NCBI GenBank assembly: GCA_964016885.1
Contig: OZ024742.1
Span: 139,748,001-139,812,000 of the forward strand
Source: Eledone cirrhosa
Taxonomy: Eukaryota
Direction: 5' to 3'
Length of the DNA: 64,000 nt
Shown here: piece by piece, positions 49,748 to 63,770 of the stretch
How the letters are laid out: every line of letters begins with the position of its first letter
How positions within the stretch are numbered: the first letter of the stretch is position 1
Made by a program: the position numbers and the translations under genes
The notes under the pieces: model-generated
What the model saw: only the letters and a program-made list of their open reading frames with translations
Databases searched by the model: none
What the model was told of the DNA's origin: nothing

Positions 49748-51050
49748 TAAACCCTTAAGGAACATATGTTCAAATTTAATGGTAAAACATATGCCCAAGA
49801 GGAAGGAGCAGCCATTGGTGTTAGCATTGCAGGCGACATAGCTAACTTATTCATGGTATGGTGGGACAGTAGACTTAAACAAAAACTTAATGAACAATTA
49901 GAAGACAGCTTAACCCTGATAATGTACTCCCGCTACGTAGATGATATAAACATCGTAGTTAAGACACCCCCACTAAAGAACAGTCAGGAACTAGAGAAAA
50001 ACACAATGGAAAGGATCCAGCAAATAGCAAACTCCATCCACCAGAGTATTAGAGTTACTATAGACTACCCAAGTAGACACCCCAACCATCGATTACCTGT
50101 ACTAGACACAGAGCTCTGGTTAGATACCATTAACAACCAAAAACAAATCTTCCATTCCCATTCTGCCAAACCCATGACTTCCAAACATCTGATCCACCGA
50201 AACTCGGCCATTTCGGACCATACCAAAATCAACATACTGATTGCGGATTTGGTACGGGTGATGAGAAATGTGTCCCGCATGTGCAACCTCGAAGAACTAG
50301 AGAGACACATACAACACTTCATCCACCGTATGCAGTTCTCTGGCTACAATCAGAGTGTATAAAGGAGCCAGAACCAAATGGGAAAAAATGGTAAATAATG
50401 ACATAAATGGGACCTGCCCCTTGTATAGGAGCAAATTTTGGAATAGAATAGAAAGAACTAGGAACAAGGCCAATAGAATAAACTCATGGTATGATAGCAA
50501 TAAATACCAGAGTGTAATGTTCATCAATACAACCCCTAGAGGCGAACTAGCCTACAAATTTAGAAGGGCCCTAAATAAACATAATCTCAATATTAAGATA
50601 GTAGAAAGACCAGGTACCTCCGTAAAAATACTTATTAGCAAGACATACCCGTTCCAAAGACCCTCATGTATAGATAAGAAATGTATAACCTGTAAAATAA
50701 GCCCCCATATTAACTGTAAAACTAGAAATGTAGTGTATAGCATAAGATGTACTGAAGGACAATGTAGAAACAAAAATATAGTGTACATAGGTGAGACAGC
50801 TCGTAGTATAGGGGAACGAATAAATGAACACTGGCGAGACCTCCAAGATAATAAAGAATCATCTGTGCTCTACCAACATGCTAAGATAGAACACAGAGGT
50901 AGATTAGAGAGCATAGAAATAAAAATAGAATCCACACACAGAAAAGACGCAATGTTTAGGCAAATTACAGAGGCAGTAAGCATAAAAGAATTAAAACCAA
51001 AATTAAATAGAAAATATGAGTGGAACAGCAACATCACAACTTACAATTAA
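49748..51050 (+). pseudogene. 5'-truncated PLE RT/GIY-YIG ORF, 13-bp deletion at about 50352
   Basis: Mirror of the minus arm; deletion lies between two aatcagag direct repeats. Confidence 0.9.
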
Positions 51051-51280
51051 GGACAAAATGAAAACACACACAGGACAAAATGAAAACACACACACACATA
51101 GAACAAACAACCAACCAACAATAAATAAATAAATAAATAAACAAATAGATAAATGAACACAAACACACACAGACACCCGGATGTGGCGCATGCGCAAACT
51201 GAGCACACAACACACACACAGAAACAAAATGGCGTAGGATAGAAGAAAGGAAAGGCACAGAAACAAAGAAAGGAATCCCC

Positions 51281-51325
51281 AGTCACTGAAGAGGTCACAG
51301 AGTGTGTGACGAAAGGACTATGACT
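51281..51325 (+). ncRNA. Hammerhead ribozyme of PLE family 3
   Basis: agtca-CTGAAGA-g-gtcac agagtgt gtgac-GAAA-ggac-TA-tgact. Confidence 0.85.
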
Positions 51326-51475
51326 ATATATAAACAACTATCTGGTTGTGGAACCAACCAACCAACCAGAAATTTATAAGTTTGTAAATTTATAAATTTA
51401 TAAATATATAATAAATTGAAGTGAAAGCAACTGGTGCGTGTGTTTCTTATTGGCAACATGACCCTCCCAAAGTAT

Positions 51476-51562
<87 letters not shown>

Positions 51563-51644
51563 AAAATCTTTCCCTCTGTCTATCTCTTTCCCTCTCTGTC
51601 TATCTTTTGCCATAAAAACGATAATGATAATCAATTCAATTAAG

Positions 51645-51722
<78 letters not shown>

Positions 51723-52027
51723 AGTATTATTATTAAAATTAAATACCATTTATTCTGCGGCAGAGAGCTTCATCTTTTCCATCATACGCTCCTCCAGAAT
51801 AGTAGTACTGGTCGTTAATGTATGTGTGTGTTTCTGCGTGTATATATATATATATATATATATGTGGTGTGTATGTGTTTGTGTGTATATGTATATATGT
51901 TTGCGATCGCCACTCTCGCCCTTCTTGAGGAGAATACTGTGTACGTATTCACATATTTTGAGGTAATATCACGTGAACACAATCACGTGACAAATCACAT
52001 TCTTTCAAAAGGAAAAGTTTGGCGCCA

Positions 52028-52835
52028 AAATTCTCTTAGTGTTGTCTGAAGCTGAGGAACCGGGGTTATTCCATTTGTCAACAACTTACTGGCGAAACAG
52101 ATCTCTTTGGATTTGTACGTGTGTTATATAGTTATAGAGGTATTTATTTACGCTTTAATTTATATTTTTAATTATCGTGTCTATAGTCTGCCTTTCATAG
52201 GTTATAGATTCCATACACTGGTGGTTTTTTCCCTGTTTTATTGATAGCGCACTCTATATCTCTCTCTTATGTGTTACCTTTTCAACATATTGTATTTTAA
52301 AGAGCTCAGGATTTCTTCTCCTTTGAGCACATTATTTACAGGGAATGGTGAGGGTCTATGGCTCCGTTAATTTATCGTGATATTTCGCTCCTTATAACAG
52401 TTTTTCCTATCCCTCTGTTTGGTTGAGCACACTTCTCTGAGTGGTTTTGTGCTGCCCTTTCTAGCAGCTCATCCCTCAGAGGCCACTGGTTCACTGCCCT
52501 TAAACACGCTGTGACTTCTCTCTCCCACGTGTAGCTGGACAGTCACTTTGAAAATTCTCTTAGTGTTGTCTGAAATGTATAGCCTTATACACGCTGAGGG
52601 CCGGGGTTATTCCATTTCTGTCAACAACTTACTGGCGAAACAGATCTCTTTGGATTTTTACGTGTGTTATATAGTTATAGAGGTATTTATTTACACTTTA
52701 ATTTATATTTTTAATTATCGTGTCTATAGTCTGCCTTTCATAGGTTATAGATTCCATACACTGGTGGTTTTTTTCCGTTTTATTGATAGCGCACATTGTA
52801 TATCTCTCTCTAGTGTGTTACCTTTTCAACATATT
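52028..52835. repeat. Direct duplication of about 260 bp (52028-52291 and 52552-52835)
   Basis: ccggggttattccatt..ccttttcaacatatt shared. Confidence 0.8.
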
Positions 52836-52839
52836 ATAG

Positions 52840-52871
<32 letters not shown>

Positions 52872-52881
52872 ATGTGTGTGT

Positions 52882-53039
<158 letters not shown>

Positions 53040-53779
53040 AATAATAAAGAAGAAAGGCGGTATCACTTGTTCATCCCTATTTATTTTATACTTATTTCGA
53101 AGACATATGTCATTTGTATAATATCTGCCCTACGTGTTTTCTGCCGACAAAAATCCATGCAAGATGTAAATATCCGTTGATATGAGGTATTCGTTGATAT
53201 CCGTTGATATAAGAACGTATGGCAGATGTTATACAAATGAAATACGCATAATAAAATAAATATGGATGGCCAAATAATATCGTCTTTCTTGTTAACTTTG
53301 CCTTTCTTGTTAACTTTGCCTTTCATCCTTATGGGGTCGATAAAATAAAGTACCAGTAATACACTGGGTAATTGCTGGCCTTGTGCCAAAGTAGAAACAA
53401 TTATTATAATAAAACTCCGGATAAACATAAACTGTTGAGTGTTTGTCATCTCTTATGAAAGAGTCGACAGATTTTCAATCAACCAACTTTCCTTAGTTGA
53501 ATAAATATATGTATATATATACGTATATTTTCTTTAATATTGCAACATTGAAGGAATATATCCTTCTGAAAGAATCGCGAGGAATTTATAATGTTATTTA
53601 AGCATTGGTAATGTTATTTATGTATATATTTAAAACATATTTGCTATGTTATTCTACCGTAAATTTATTTATATGCTTTGTATATATTATATACACAAAT
53701 AATGAATCTGTATATTAAAACATCGTTTGAATTATTCAATCAATTTATTGAACAACTAGAATGCACATGCTCAAGTACT

Positions 53780-54282
53780 TTATACATATATATAATTATT
53801 ATTAAACCCTTCAATATACAAACCTTAATTTAATATTATTCTTAATTTTTTCTCTTCATCAATTTTCAAATTCTTTTAAATTATATATTGTCTTCCAACG
53901 GCTTTTTAAACTCTCTCTGTGAAACAATATATATTTTTTCTCAGTTATAAAGGCTATCTCTCTCTTTCTATCACCCATCTCTCCTCCTATCTCATCCTTC
54001 CTTATTATACTCCTACCCCACCATTCTTTACTCTCATCTCCTCCTCTTTTTCATCCTTTCCAACCCCTCCCCTCATTTTTTTCCCAATATCACACATCAA
54101 TCTTAAATTACTTTTCATATGTTGATTTAAAACTGCACTATTCACAAGTGTTTTTTAACCTTCATATCATGTATCCCTATTTTATCTGACGAAAACGCAA
54201 ATGTCATCTCATGATGATATTTGTTTTTGAAATGCGCATAATAAAATGCATGGAACTCTTTTAACCATCTTTTGATCTTATA
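53780..54282 (+). mobile_element. Solo 3' end of PLE family 4 with HHR
   Basis: Diverged reverse complement of 42357-42850. Confidence 0.8.
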
Positions 54283-54543
54283 TTATATTAATCCCGCCAA
54301 GGTTAACTTTGCCTTTCATCCTTACGGGGTCGATAAAATAAAGTACCTGTAATGTACTGGATAATTGCTGGCCTTGTGCCTAAAATAGAAACAATTATAT
54401 GTATATGTATGTATATCTATATACATGTGTGTGTGTATGTATATATATATATGTGTGTATGTATATATATGTGTGTATGCATATATGTGTGTATATGCAT
54501 ATATGTGTGTGTATGTATATGCATATGTGTGTGTGTATGTATG

Positions 54544-54574
<31 letters not shown>

Positions 54575-54893
54575 ATGCATATATGTGTGTATGTATGTAT
54601 ATATATATGTGTGTGTGTATGTATATATATGTATATATATATATGAAGATAAATTAACGGAGCCACAGAGTCGCGTTATTCCCTGTAAATTATGTGCTCA
54701 AAGGGAAAGGAATCCTATACATATTGTATATGTATATATATGCATGTATATATGTATATATATGTATATGTGTATATATATGCATATATGTGTATTTGTA
54801 TATATGTATATGTGTGTATGTATGTATATATGAAAGTATATGTATATATATGTGTATTTGTATATATGTATATGTATGTATGTATATATATGA

Positions 54894-54967
<74 letters not shown>

Positions 54968-55012
54968 ATATATATATATAGATGTAATCTGAATTTTATA
55001 GATGTAATCTGA

Positions 55013-56087
55013 ATAGTATGGTAGAATATTAAGTGTTAAATGTTAATTGAACAAGTACTTTCATGCTTTCGCAATCTTCAGGTTCATATTCTGTGGTGAC
55101 AGTCAAGTTTGCAATTTTCAACTGTAATGAGATGGGTAAATTTTGTGCCTTATATACAGTGAAAAGCGGCTACAGAATGCTAAATTTTGCAAACTGTATT
55201 TCGACCAATTGGTGTGTAGTTTCAATGGATTACTGAAGCTGATTGGTTTAGGCGTCATGGTTGGTTGAGCATGTCTAACGACTTCTATTTGGCTCTATCC
55301 AAAGTATCAATTGTTTTGCTATTTTTAGAAATGATGTAAATAGCATTTTCTAGGGTTTTTATACCCCTAAGAATTATTATTGTTCATTTAGCTTGGATTG
55401 GAATTTATCAATAAAATTCTTTTCTTTGATTTTTCTCTTGATTTCACTTGGCCTGTGTAATTTGTAGAATGGAAATATTATAAATATTTTCTGACCACAT
55501 GTTGCTAGATGGTTACTCAGGGGTATCAGACGGACATTTGGGTCTCTGATTTGCTGTCGGTGCACCCGTGCACGTTCCTATAGTGCATTTCCAGTTTGAC
55601 CGACATATAGTTCTTCACAATTCGGGCATTTAATGCAGTAAATTAGATTTCTGCTTTTGCAGTTCATATTTGCATTTGGGAATATTTTTCAAAATTCCAA
55701 CCTAAGCTAAATGAACAATAATAATTCTTAGGGGTATAAAAACCCTAGAAAATTCTATTTTCATCATTTCTAAAAATAGCAAAACAATTGATGCTTTGAT
55801 TAGGGCCAAATAGAAGTCGTTAGACATGCCCAACCAACCGTGATGCCTAAACCAATCAGCTTCAGTAATCCAGTGAAACTACACACCGATTGGTCGAAAT
55901 ACAGTTTGCAAAATTTAGCATTCTGTAGCCGCTTTTCACTGTATATAAGGCACAAAATTTACCCATCTCATTACAGTTGAAAATTGTAAACTTGACTGTC
56001 ACCACAGAATATGAACCTGAAGATTGCGAAAGCATTAAATTACTTGTTCAATTAACACTTAACACTTAATATTCTACCATACTATTT
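55013..56087 (-). mobile_element. PLE family 5 fold-back remnant (GIY-YIG + HHR)
   Basis: Minus strand 55680-55377 reads NCKSRNLIYCIKCPNCEELYVGQTGNAL*ERARVHRQQI; arms 55013-55405 and 55692-56087 are inverted; HHR gaac-CTGAAGA-ttgc gaaa gcat-GAAA-gtac-TT-gttc at 55049-55085. Confidence 0.85.
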
Positions 56088-56201
56088 CATTCTAATACCA
56101 TTATAATTTTAAAGGATTGTAAATAAAACGAGTAAATCAGATAAAGTTGGAATTCCTTTTATTAATATAATCTTCTATACACAATCATACACACCCGTGT
56201 A

Positions 56202-56251
<50 letters not shown>

Positions 56252-56530
56252 GCTTTTAAGCTATTTTGTAGTATCTCTGTCCAGGAACACACCACTTATA
56301 TTAAATTTATCTCCCTGGAGCTTTGTAAAAGTCTGAGAGATTGGCTACATATATGTTTTATATATATTTTTTTGTTTGTTTAGATGGAAGACAAACAAAG
56401 AAGATGAATACAAAGATGAAGAAGAGAAAGATAAAGATGAAGAACCTCACTGCACCGCACAGCACAACACCGCACTGCACAACACCACACTGCAACGCAC
56501 CACAGTACTCCACACCGCATAACACCCAAC

Positions 56531-57508
56531 ATTTTTTCCTCATCTTTTTTTCATGTGTTATCAACTAATCCGAACTCCAAGATGTTTGTTATTGACTCTC
56601 TCTTCATGGAAAACTTAGGTGGATGCACTTCTCTCATTTAACCCCAGAGTTTTCTCTAAGATTTTTCGTATGTTATCAACGAATATGACCTCCAAACCAG
56701 TTGGAAATGATTAGTTGTTCTAGGAAAAAGGAAGGGTAAAGCAGGTGGAAAAACCATGATTTTTCTTCGGTCTCCTTTTGAGTGCTATCAACTAATCTGA
56801 CCTTTTAGTTGTTCTGAATCAATTTTTTTTCTGGGATTTGGAAACTAAAACTAAATTAAACATAAAATTAAATCTAGCCCCAACCCTAAACTCTAAATCT
56901 AAACCAAACCAAGCTAAATATAAATATAAACATAAAATTAAATCTAGCCCCAACCCTAAACTCTAAATCTAAACCAAACCAAGCTAAATCTAAATATAAA
57001 CATAAATTTATATCTAGCCCCAACCCTAAACTCTAAATCTAAACCAAACCAAGCTAAATTTAAATGTAAACATTACCCCAACCCTAAAACTAAACCCTAA
57101 ACTTTACCCCAACCCTAAAACTAAGCCCTAAACATTACCCCAACCCTAAACCTAACCCAGGGAAATAAGTTGATTGGAAACATCTAGGAGGTCAGATTAA
57201 TTAATAGCACAGGAAATATACCGAAAATGATTAAGTCCCACAACATGTGAGTGGGGTGTAGATCTGCAAAATTCTGCCCCTCTCCCTCTCCCCTTTCTCC
57301 AAAGCTAGTTGTTTTTGACTGGTTTGGAAGTCATATTCACTGATAACGCATGAAAATAGAATCAAAGAGAAAATTCTGAGTAAGCAGGGGTTATCCGGGT
57401 GAAGGGGGAACCACCTCACCCCGCCGTTTTCCTGGGGGGAAAAAGTGAGTTTCAAGCATCTTGGAGATTGGATTAGTTGATAGCACATGAAAAATAGGAT
57501 GAAAAAAT
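56531..57508. mobile_element. Foldback/MITE-like element with nested inverted repeats and telomere-like core
   Basis: Three nested IR pairs around 59-bp and about 28-bp repeats containing aaccctaa; flanked by CACAC/CACAT pentamer tracts. Confidence 0.7.
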
Positions 57509-58732
57509 TTCACATCACATCACACCACATCAAATCACTCCGCACGCCATCACATCACACCGCACCCCATCTCACCGCATCACATCACACCACACCACAC
57601 CACATCAGACAACATCACATCTCACCACATCACATCACACCACACCACATCACACCATATCACATCACATCACATCACACATCTCATCACTCACCTCATC
57701 TCGTCTCGTCTCGTCTCGTCTCGTCTCGTCTCGTCTCGTCTCGCCTCGCCTCGCCTCATTTCTAACATAAATCAAAGTGGAAATTTAAATCCTCACTTAT
57801 AACAAAGCACACCACATCACATTAATCTACCCCAATCCACACCATAAATTCACCATAACCATACTTCACTATATGGTAAATTTATTACAGAACACTTACT
57901 CCTACCATTTACAAGGATCTGAGTAAGTAAACACTTCATTGACCATCATTTTAAGCAGAATCTCAGTGTAGTTTTAAATTGACCTTTTCATATGATTACA
58001 CCTCAGTCTTAACTTAATCACCTGTAGATGGATGCTACATGTAATGTTAAAATTAGTTAAACACTGTTTCCCCCTTCTCATCACATGTGGATGCTACATG
58101 TGTATTGTTAACATTAATCTAATGTTGTGTGTCCCCCCCCCCCCGCCTCACCATATCATACCACACCACATCACACCATGTTGTACCACACCAGACCACA
58201 TAACACCATGCTATACCATATATATATATGAGCTCCCCACTCGTTATATTAACTGTGTTTCGTGAAAGTCTGAGTGATCAGCTATATATTTGTTTACAAT
58301 TTTTTTTTATATTTAGATGGAAAAGAAGAAAAAGACGACGAAGCAGACGACTAAAATGAAAATGACAACAAAGACAAAGAAGACACGGGAAACGAAGATG
58401 ACGAAAAGAAGAAGAGAGTATGATCTCAGTTCAGTCTAAACCTAATGATTTATAGATATGATCTTAGTTCAGTCTTAACCTAATGACCTGTAGATACGAT
58501 CTATTTAGGTTTAACTTAAACATTCAAAGATATTTGTATATACTTTTGTTGATGTTTGACATTGTTTTTTAGTTATGAAATAGCTTATAAGCTACATTAT
58601 AGGATCACAGTGCATGAGCACACTGCTCTTTAAATTAACTTTATCTCCTCAGCACTTTGTAAAGTCTGAGAGATAGGCAACATATATGTTTTACATTCTT
58701 TGTTTTTGGTATTTAGATGGCAGAGGAGAAGA

Positions 58733-58860
58733 TAAAGGCACAGAAGAAATCAAAGGCACAGAAGAAGTCAAAGGCACAGAAGAAGTCAAAGGTACAGAAG
58801 CAGTCAAAGACACAGAAGCAGTCAAAGGCACAGAAGAAAACAAAGGCACAGAAGAAAATG
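58733..58860 (+). repeat. 18-bp minisatellite aaaggcacagaagaagtc, about 7 copies
   Basis: Directly visible; translates as (KGTEEV)n. Confidence 0.85.
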
Positions 58861-59184
58861 AACAAGAAGAACAATTATTATTACTATTACTATTATTATT
58901 GTTATTATTATTTGTATTATTATAATCAAACTGAGCCACACTACATCAGCCTATACCATACCACACCACACTACATCAACCTATACCATACCACACCACA
59001 CTGACAAACATTATACCACACCACATTATCCAACACCACACTACGAAACACTGTACGACCTCACATCAGACCATGCTATGAAACAATATACCATACTACA
59101 CTATACAACAATAGACAACACCACACAAGACTATGAAACACTATACTTTACCACACTATATCACACCACTCAAGTTAGAGAGGA

Positions 59185-62100
59185 TCAACTTTTTTCCTGG
59201 AAAGTAGAAAACCTAACTTTAAGCTAAAACCGAACTTTAAAAATAACACTTACCCTAACACTTGCAGCCACACATGCTCTAACAGTGAACTTAGCGCTAA
59301 CATGAAAACTAACACAAACACAAAATCTGAAAACTAACACAAACACTAACCTGAACACTAACACTAACACTAACCTGAATACCAGCACTAAAACTAACAC
59401 TACCGTAAGCACTAATACAAACACTAACACTAACCTGAACACTTACACTAAAACTAACATTAGCACAAACATTAGCCTGAACACTAGCACTAAAACTAAC
59501 ACTACCATAAACACTAACACTGACCTGAGCACTAACACTAAAAGTAGCACTAACACAAACACTAATCTGAAAACTGATACTAACCAGAAAACTAAGCTAA
59601 CATTAAATTCAACACTAAAACAAATACTAACGCTAACAGAGATACTAACACAAATATTAACACAAAAACAAACACTAACACAATCTCTAACACTAACCTC
59701 AACACTAACACTAAAACTAACATTAACTTGAACACTAAATATAACCTGAAAACTAAGCTAACATTAACCTGAACACTAACATAAACACTAATGCTAACAT
59801 TAACGCTAACATTAACACAAAAACAAAGACTAACGCTAACACAATCACTAACACTAATGGAAACATCAAACACTAATGCTAACAGAGATACTAACACAAA
59901 TATTAACACAAAAACAAATACTAACACTAACACAATCTCTAACACTAACCTTAACACTAAAACTAACACTAACATTAACTTGAACACTAACACTAACCTG
60001 AACACTTACACTAAAACTAACATTAACCTGAACACTAACACTAAAACTAACACTAACAGAGATACTAACACAAATATTAACACAAAAACAAACACTAACA
60101 CAATCTCTAACACTAAAACTAACATTAACTTGAACACTAACACTAAAAGTAACACGAGCCCTAACCTGAAAACTAACACTAACCAGAAAACTAAGTCAAC
60201 ATTAACCTGAACACTAACACAAACACTAACACTAACCTGAACACTAACACTAACAAAAATGCTAACACTAATACAAAATCAAACACTAATGGAAGCACTA
60301 ACGCCAACGCTGACACTGACGAAGATGGCTATGCTGGCACAAACGCTAGCGCAAATGTTGACACAATCGCTTACGCTGACACAAACACTAACGTGAATAC
60401 TGATGCAGGTGCAAAGGCGAATGCTGACAAAGACTCTGACGCACACGCTGATGTAAATGCTACACGCTCTAACGCTGACGTGGACACTGACACAAATGCT
60501 CACGCTGATGCAAACACTAAAGCAAATGCAGACACTAATGCAAACACAGACGCAAATGTTGATGCAGATGTTAAAGCAAACGCAAATGCTGACGCAAAAT
60601 GATGACAGCGATGCTAATGTGAACCTTAACGCAGACCTAAATATTGACGTAGAAGCTAAAGGAAACACTGATGCAAACACTAATGAAAATGCTGACGCAG
60701 ACGCTGACACAGACGCTAACGCACGTTAACACAGATGCTAACGTAAACACTGACGCAGATGCTAATATAAACACTGACGCAGACGCTAACATAAACGCTG
60801 ACACATATGCTAACACACGTTGACACAGATGCTAATGTAAAGGATGACGTAGAAGCTAACGTAAACGCTGACACAGACGCAAATGTAAACGCTGACGCTG
60901 ATGTAGATGTAAATACAGACGCTGACACAAACGCTGACACAGACACTAATGTAAGCGCTGACGTAGAAGCTAATGTAGATGCTGACGTAGAAGCTAACGT
61001 AAACGATGACATAGATTAACGTAGAAGCTAACGTAGATGCTGACGTAGAAGCTAACGTAAACGCTGACGTAGAAGCTAACAAAACGCTGACGTAGTTGTT
61101 AACGTAGAAGCAGGCGTAGAAGTTAGCGTTTACCCTTAGCGTTTACCCTTACCTCCAAAACACAATTGCTGATGCGGATTGCTGAAGCCGAAGCCAAGCT
61201 AACGCTGACACAAATGTTGAGGCAGTTTTGCCGGCGCTGACGTGTATGCTGACGCTAACGCAAATGCTGATGCGGACGCTAGGGCTAAGGCTAACGCTAA
61301 CGCTGACGCAAATGCAGAAGTTAACGCTTACATGGGATATGCAGACGCTGCAATGATGCGGACGCCACAGGAAAGGTTGATGGAAACGCCAACGCTAACG
61401 GAAACGCTGACGTAGACGTTACGGAAATGCTGACGTAGAAGCTAACGTAAACGCTGACACAGACGCTAACGGAAACACTGACGTTAACTGAAATGCTGAC
61501 GCTGATGTAGATGTAAATACTGACGCTGACACAGACGCGGTCGGAAACAGTGACGTAGAAGCTAACGGAAACACTGACATAGATGCTAACGGAAACACTG
61601 ACGTAGAAGCTAACGTACACACTGACACAGACGCTAACGGAAACACTGACGTAGAAGCTAACGTACACACTGACACAGACGCTAACGGAAACACTGACGT
61701 AGAAGCTAACGGAAACACTGACACAGACGCTAACGGAAATGCTGACAAAGACGTTAAAGGAAACGCTGTCGCAAACGCTAATGCTAATGTGAATGCTGAT
61801 GCAGATGCTGACGCAAATGCTAACCCCTACACAAATGCAAACGCTGACGCTAACACTGACTCAAACACTAATGCAAATGCTGACGTGCACGCTGATGCAA
61901 ACGCTGACACTGAGGAAAATTCTGACACTGACACAAGTGCTGACGCGGACGCTAATGATAATGCTGACTCAGAAGCTGACGTAGACGTAGGCACGGAAAC
62001 AAACACTAATGCTAACACTAATATTGACTTAGACGCTAAGGGAAATGCTGACACAATCACTATCACCAATGCAGACGCTGACGAAAATGCTGACATAGAT

Positions 62101-62368
62101 GCTGACACTTACGCAAACACTAACGCAGATGCTAACACCAGTTTACATATACACTAATACAAAAGCTTACATAGACGCTTATGCAAATGCTAACGCTGAT
62201 GCAGACAGTAATGCAAACAGTAACTGTAAGAGTAACAGTTACAGTAACACTAACAGTGACAGTAATGCTAACAGTAACACAGTCACTAACAACAAACTTA
62301 CCATTAACAGTAAAACTTACCCTAACACTAACCCTAAATCTAACATTAATCCAGAGAAAAAAGTCATT
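59185..62368. repeat. 3.2-kb hexamer-period degenerate array (AACACT, GCTAAC, GCTGAC) bounded by short inverted repeats
   Basis: aactttttttcctgga at the left end and tccagagaaaaaagt at the right end. Confidence 0.75.
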
Positions 62369-62547
62369 TGCAATCACATTTAAGGTCACTCTTTAAGATA
62401 TAGAAGATAGGCATTACATTTTAATGATTTTAATTTAAAGAGAATCACGCTATACGATGCAACACAATAACACACCACACCACAGTAACCTACACTACAC
62501 CAAACCAGATTATACCATACCTTGGTAAATTTATGATAGGTTTCCAT

Positions 62548-63770
62548 CCAAACCACACCTTAACAAACTACACCATACTACATCACACCATGCTATTGAA
62601 CTCAGTGTGAACAATTTTCTTCCTGCTTTTTTTGTCTTTTTTGTGTGTGTGCTTACCACCCAATCTGACATTAAAAGTGTTCGCAATTAACTATTTTTTG
62701 CACATATTATCAATGAAGACTTTGAAACCTGTTGAAAATAACTAGCTTTGTAGAAAATAGAGGGCGGAAAGTGGGTGGAAATACCATTCACAAAGCTTGT
62801 CATTTTTGATAGCAGTGAAAGTCATATTTGTTGTTAATATGGTAATGGAGGCACATGGCTTAGTGGTTAAAGCATTGGCCTTGCAATCGAAAGGTTGTGA
62901 GTTCAATTCTCAGACCAGGTGGTGTGTTGTTTCCTTGAGTAAGACACTTTATTTCACATTGCTCCAGTTTACTCAGCTGTAGAAATGAGATGATAGGGAC
63001 TGGTGTCCCTATCATTCCACTGCAAAGTGGTCGTGTAGGTACCACGGCAAAAACCACCCAGCACTCACTGTAAATGAGGTTGGTGTTAGGAAGGGTATCC
63101 AGCTGTAGAAATCAAGCCAGAATCAGTTCCCGTCCCACCCTTGCAAGCAGGGAAAAGTGGACGTAAAATGATGATGATGATGATGGTAAAAGCATAGTCG
63201 GCTGTGAGCATGTTGGAGGTTGGAAAACCATACCACATTAAACTACATCAAACTACACCATACCAAACTACACCATACTACATCACACCATGCTATTAAT
63301 CTCAGTGAGAACATTTTTCTTCTTGTTTTTTTTTCTGTGTGTGTGCTTACCACCCAATCTGATATCAAAGGTGCTCACAAATGACTATTTTTTTACACAT
63401 TATCAATGTATATAACATGGAAACCTATCATTTGCAATAGGTTCCCATGTCATAACTACAACAATCCAAACCACACCATAACAAACTACACCATTCTACA
63501 TCACACCATGCTTTTGATCTCAGTGTGAAATATTTTCTTCCTGTTTCTTTTTTTTATTTTGTGTGTGTTCTTACCACCCAATCTGACATCAAAGGTGCTG
63601 CAATTGACTATTTTTCGCACATATTATCAATAATTATAACATGGAAAACTGTTGAAAATGACTAGCTTTGTAGAAAAAAGAGGGAGGATGTGGGTGGAAA
63701 TACCATTTACAAAGCTAGTCATTTTTTATTGCAGTGTAAGTCATATTTTTTGTTAATATGCTAAACGCAT
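62548..63770. repeat. Three diverged copies of a 220-300-bp repeat
   Basis: aaactacaccat..catcacaccatgct..cttaccacccaatctga near 62565, 63266 and 63483. Confidence 0.8.
62846..63182 (+). mobile_element. tRNA-derived SINE with (ATG)n tail and 7-bp TSD
   Basis: A box tggcttagtgg, B box gagttcaattc; TSD atggtaa at 62839 and 63183. Confidence 0.85.

Larger units (their letters stand above)
47952..51482. mobile_element. PLE family 3 head-to-head palindrome (two arms of about 1.75 kb)
   Basis: 47952-49735 (-) mirrors 49770-51482 (+); HHRs at 48164-48208 and 51281-51325; TA flanks. Confidence 0.93.

Noticed and set aside
49736-49798. N-terminus of the 451-aa ORF as a genuine start
   Set aside because: It is the antisense of the opposite arm read across the palindrome centre; RT motifs upstream of GAAIG are missing
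59592-62396. TN/DA-rich ORFs as a repetitive protein
   Set aside because: Short ORFs in several frames on both strands with frequent stops; explained by the hexamer repeat
62846-62920. tRNA gene
   Set aside because: The tRNA-like head continues into a SINE body with tail and TSD
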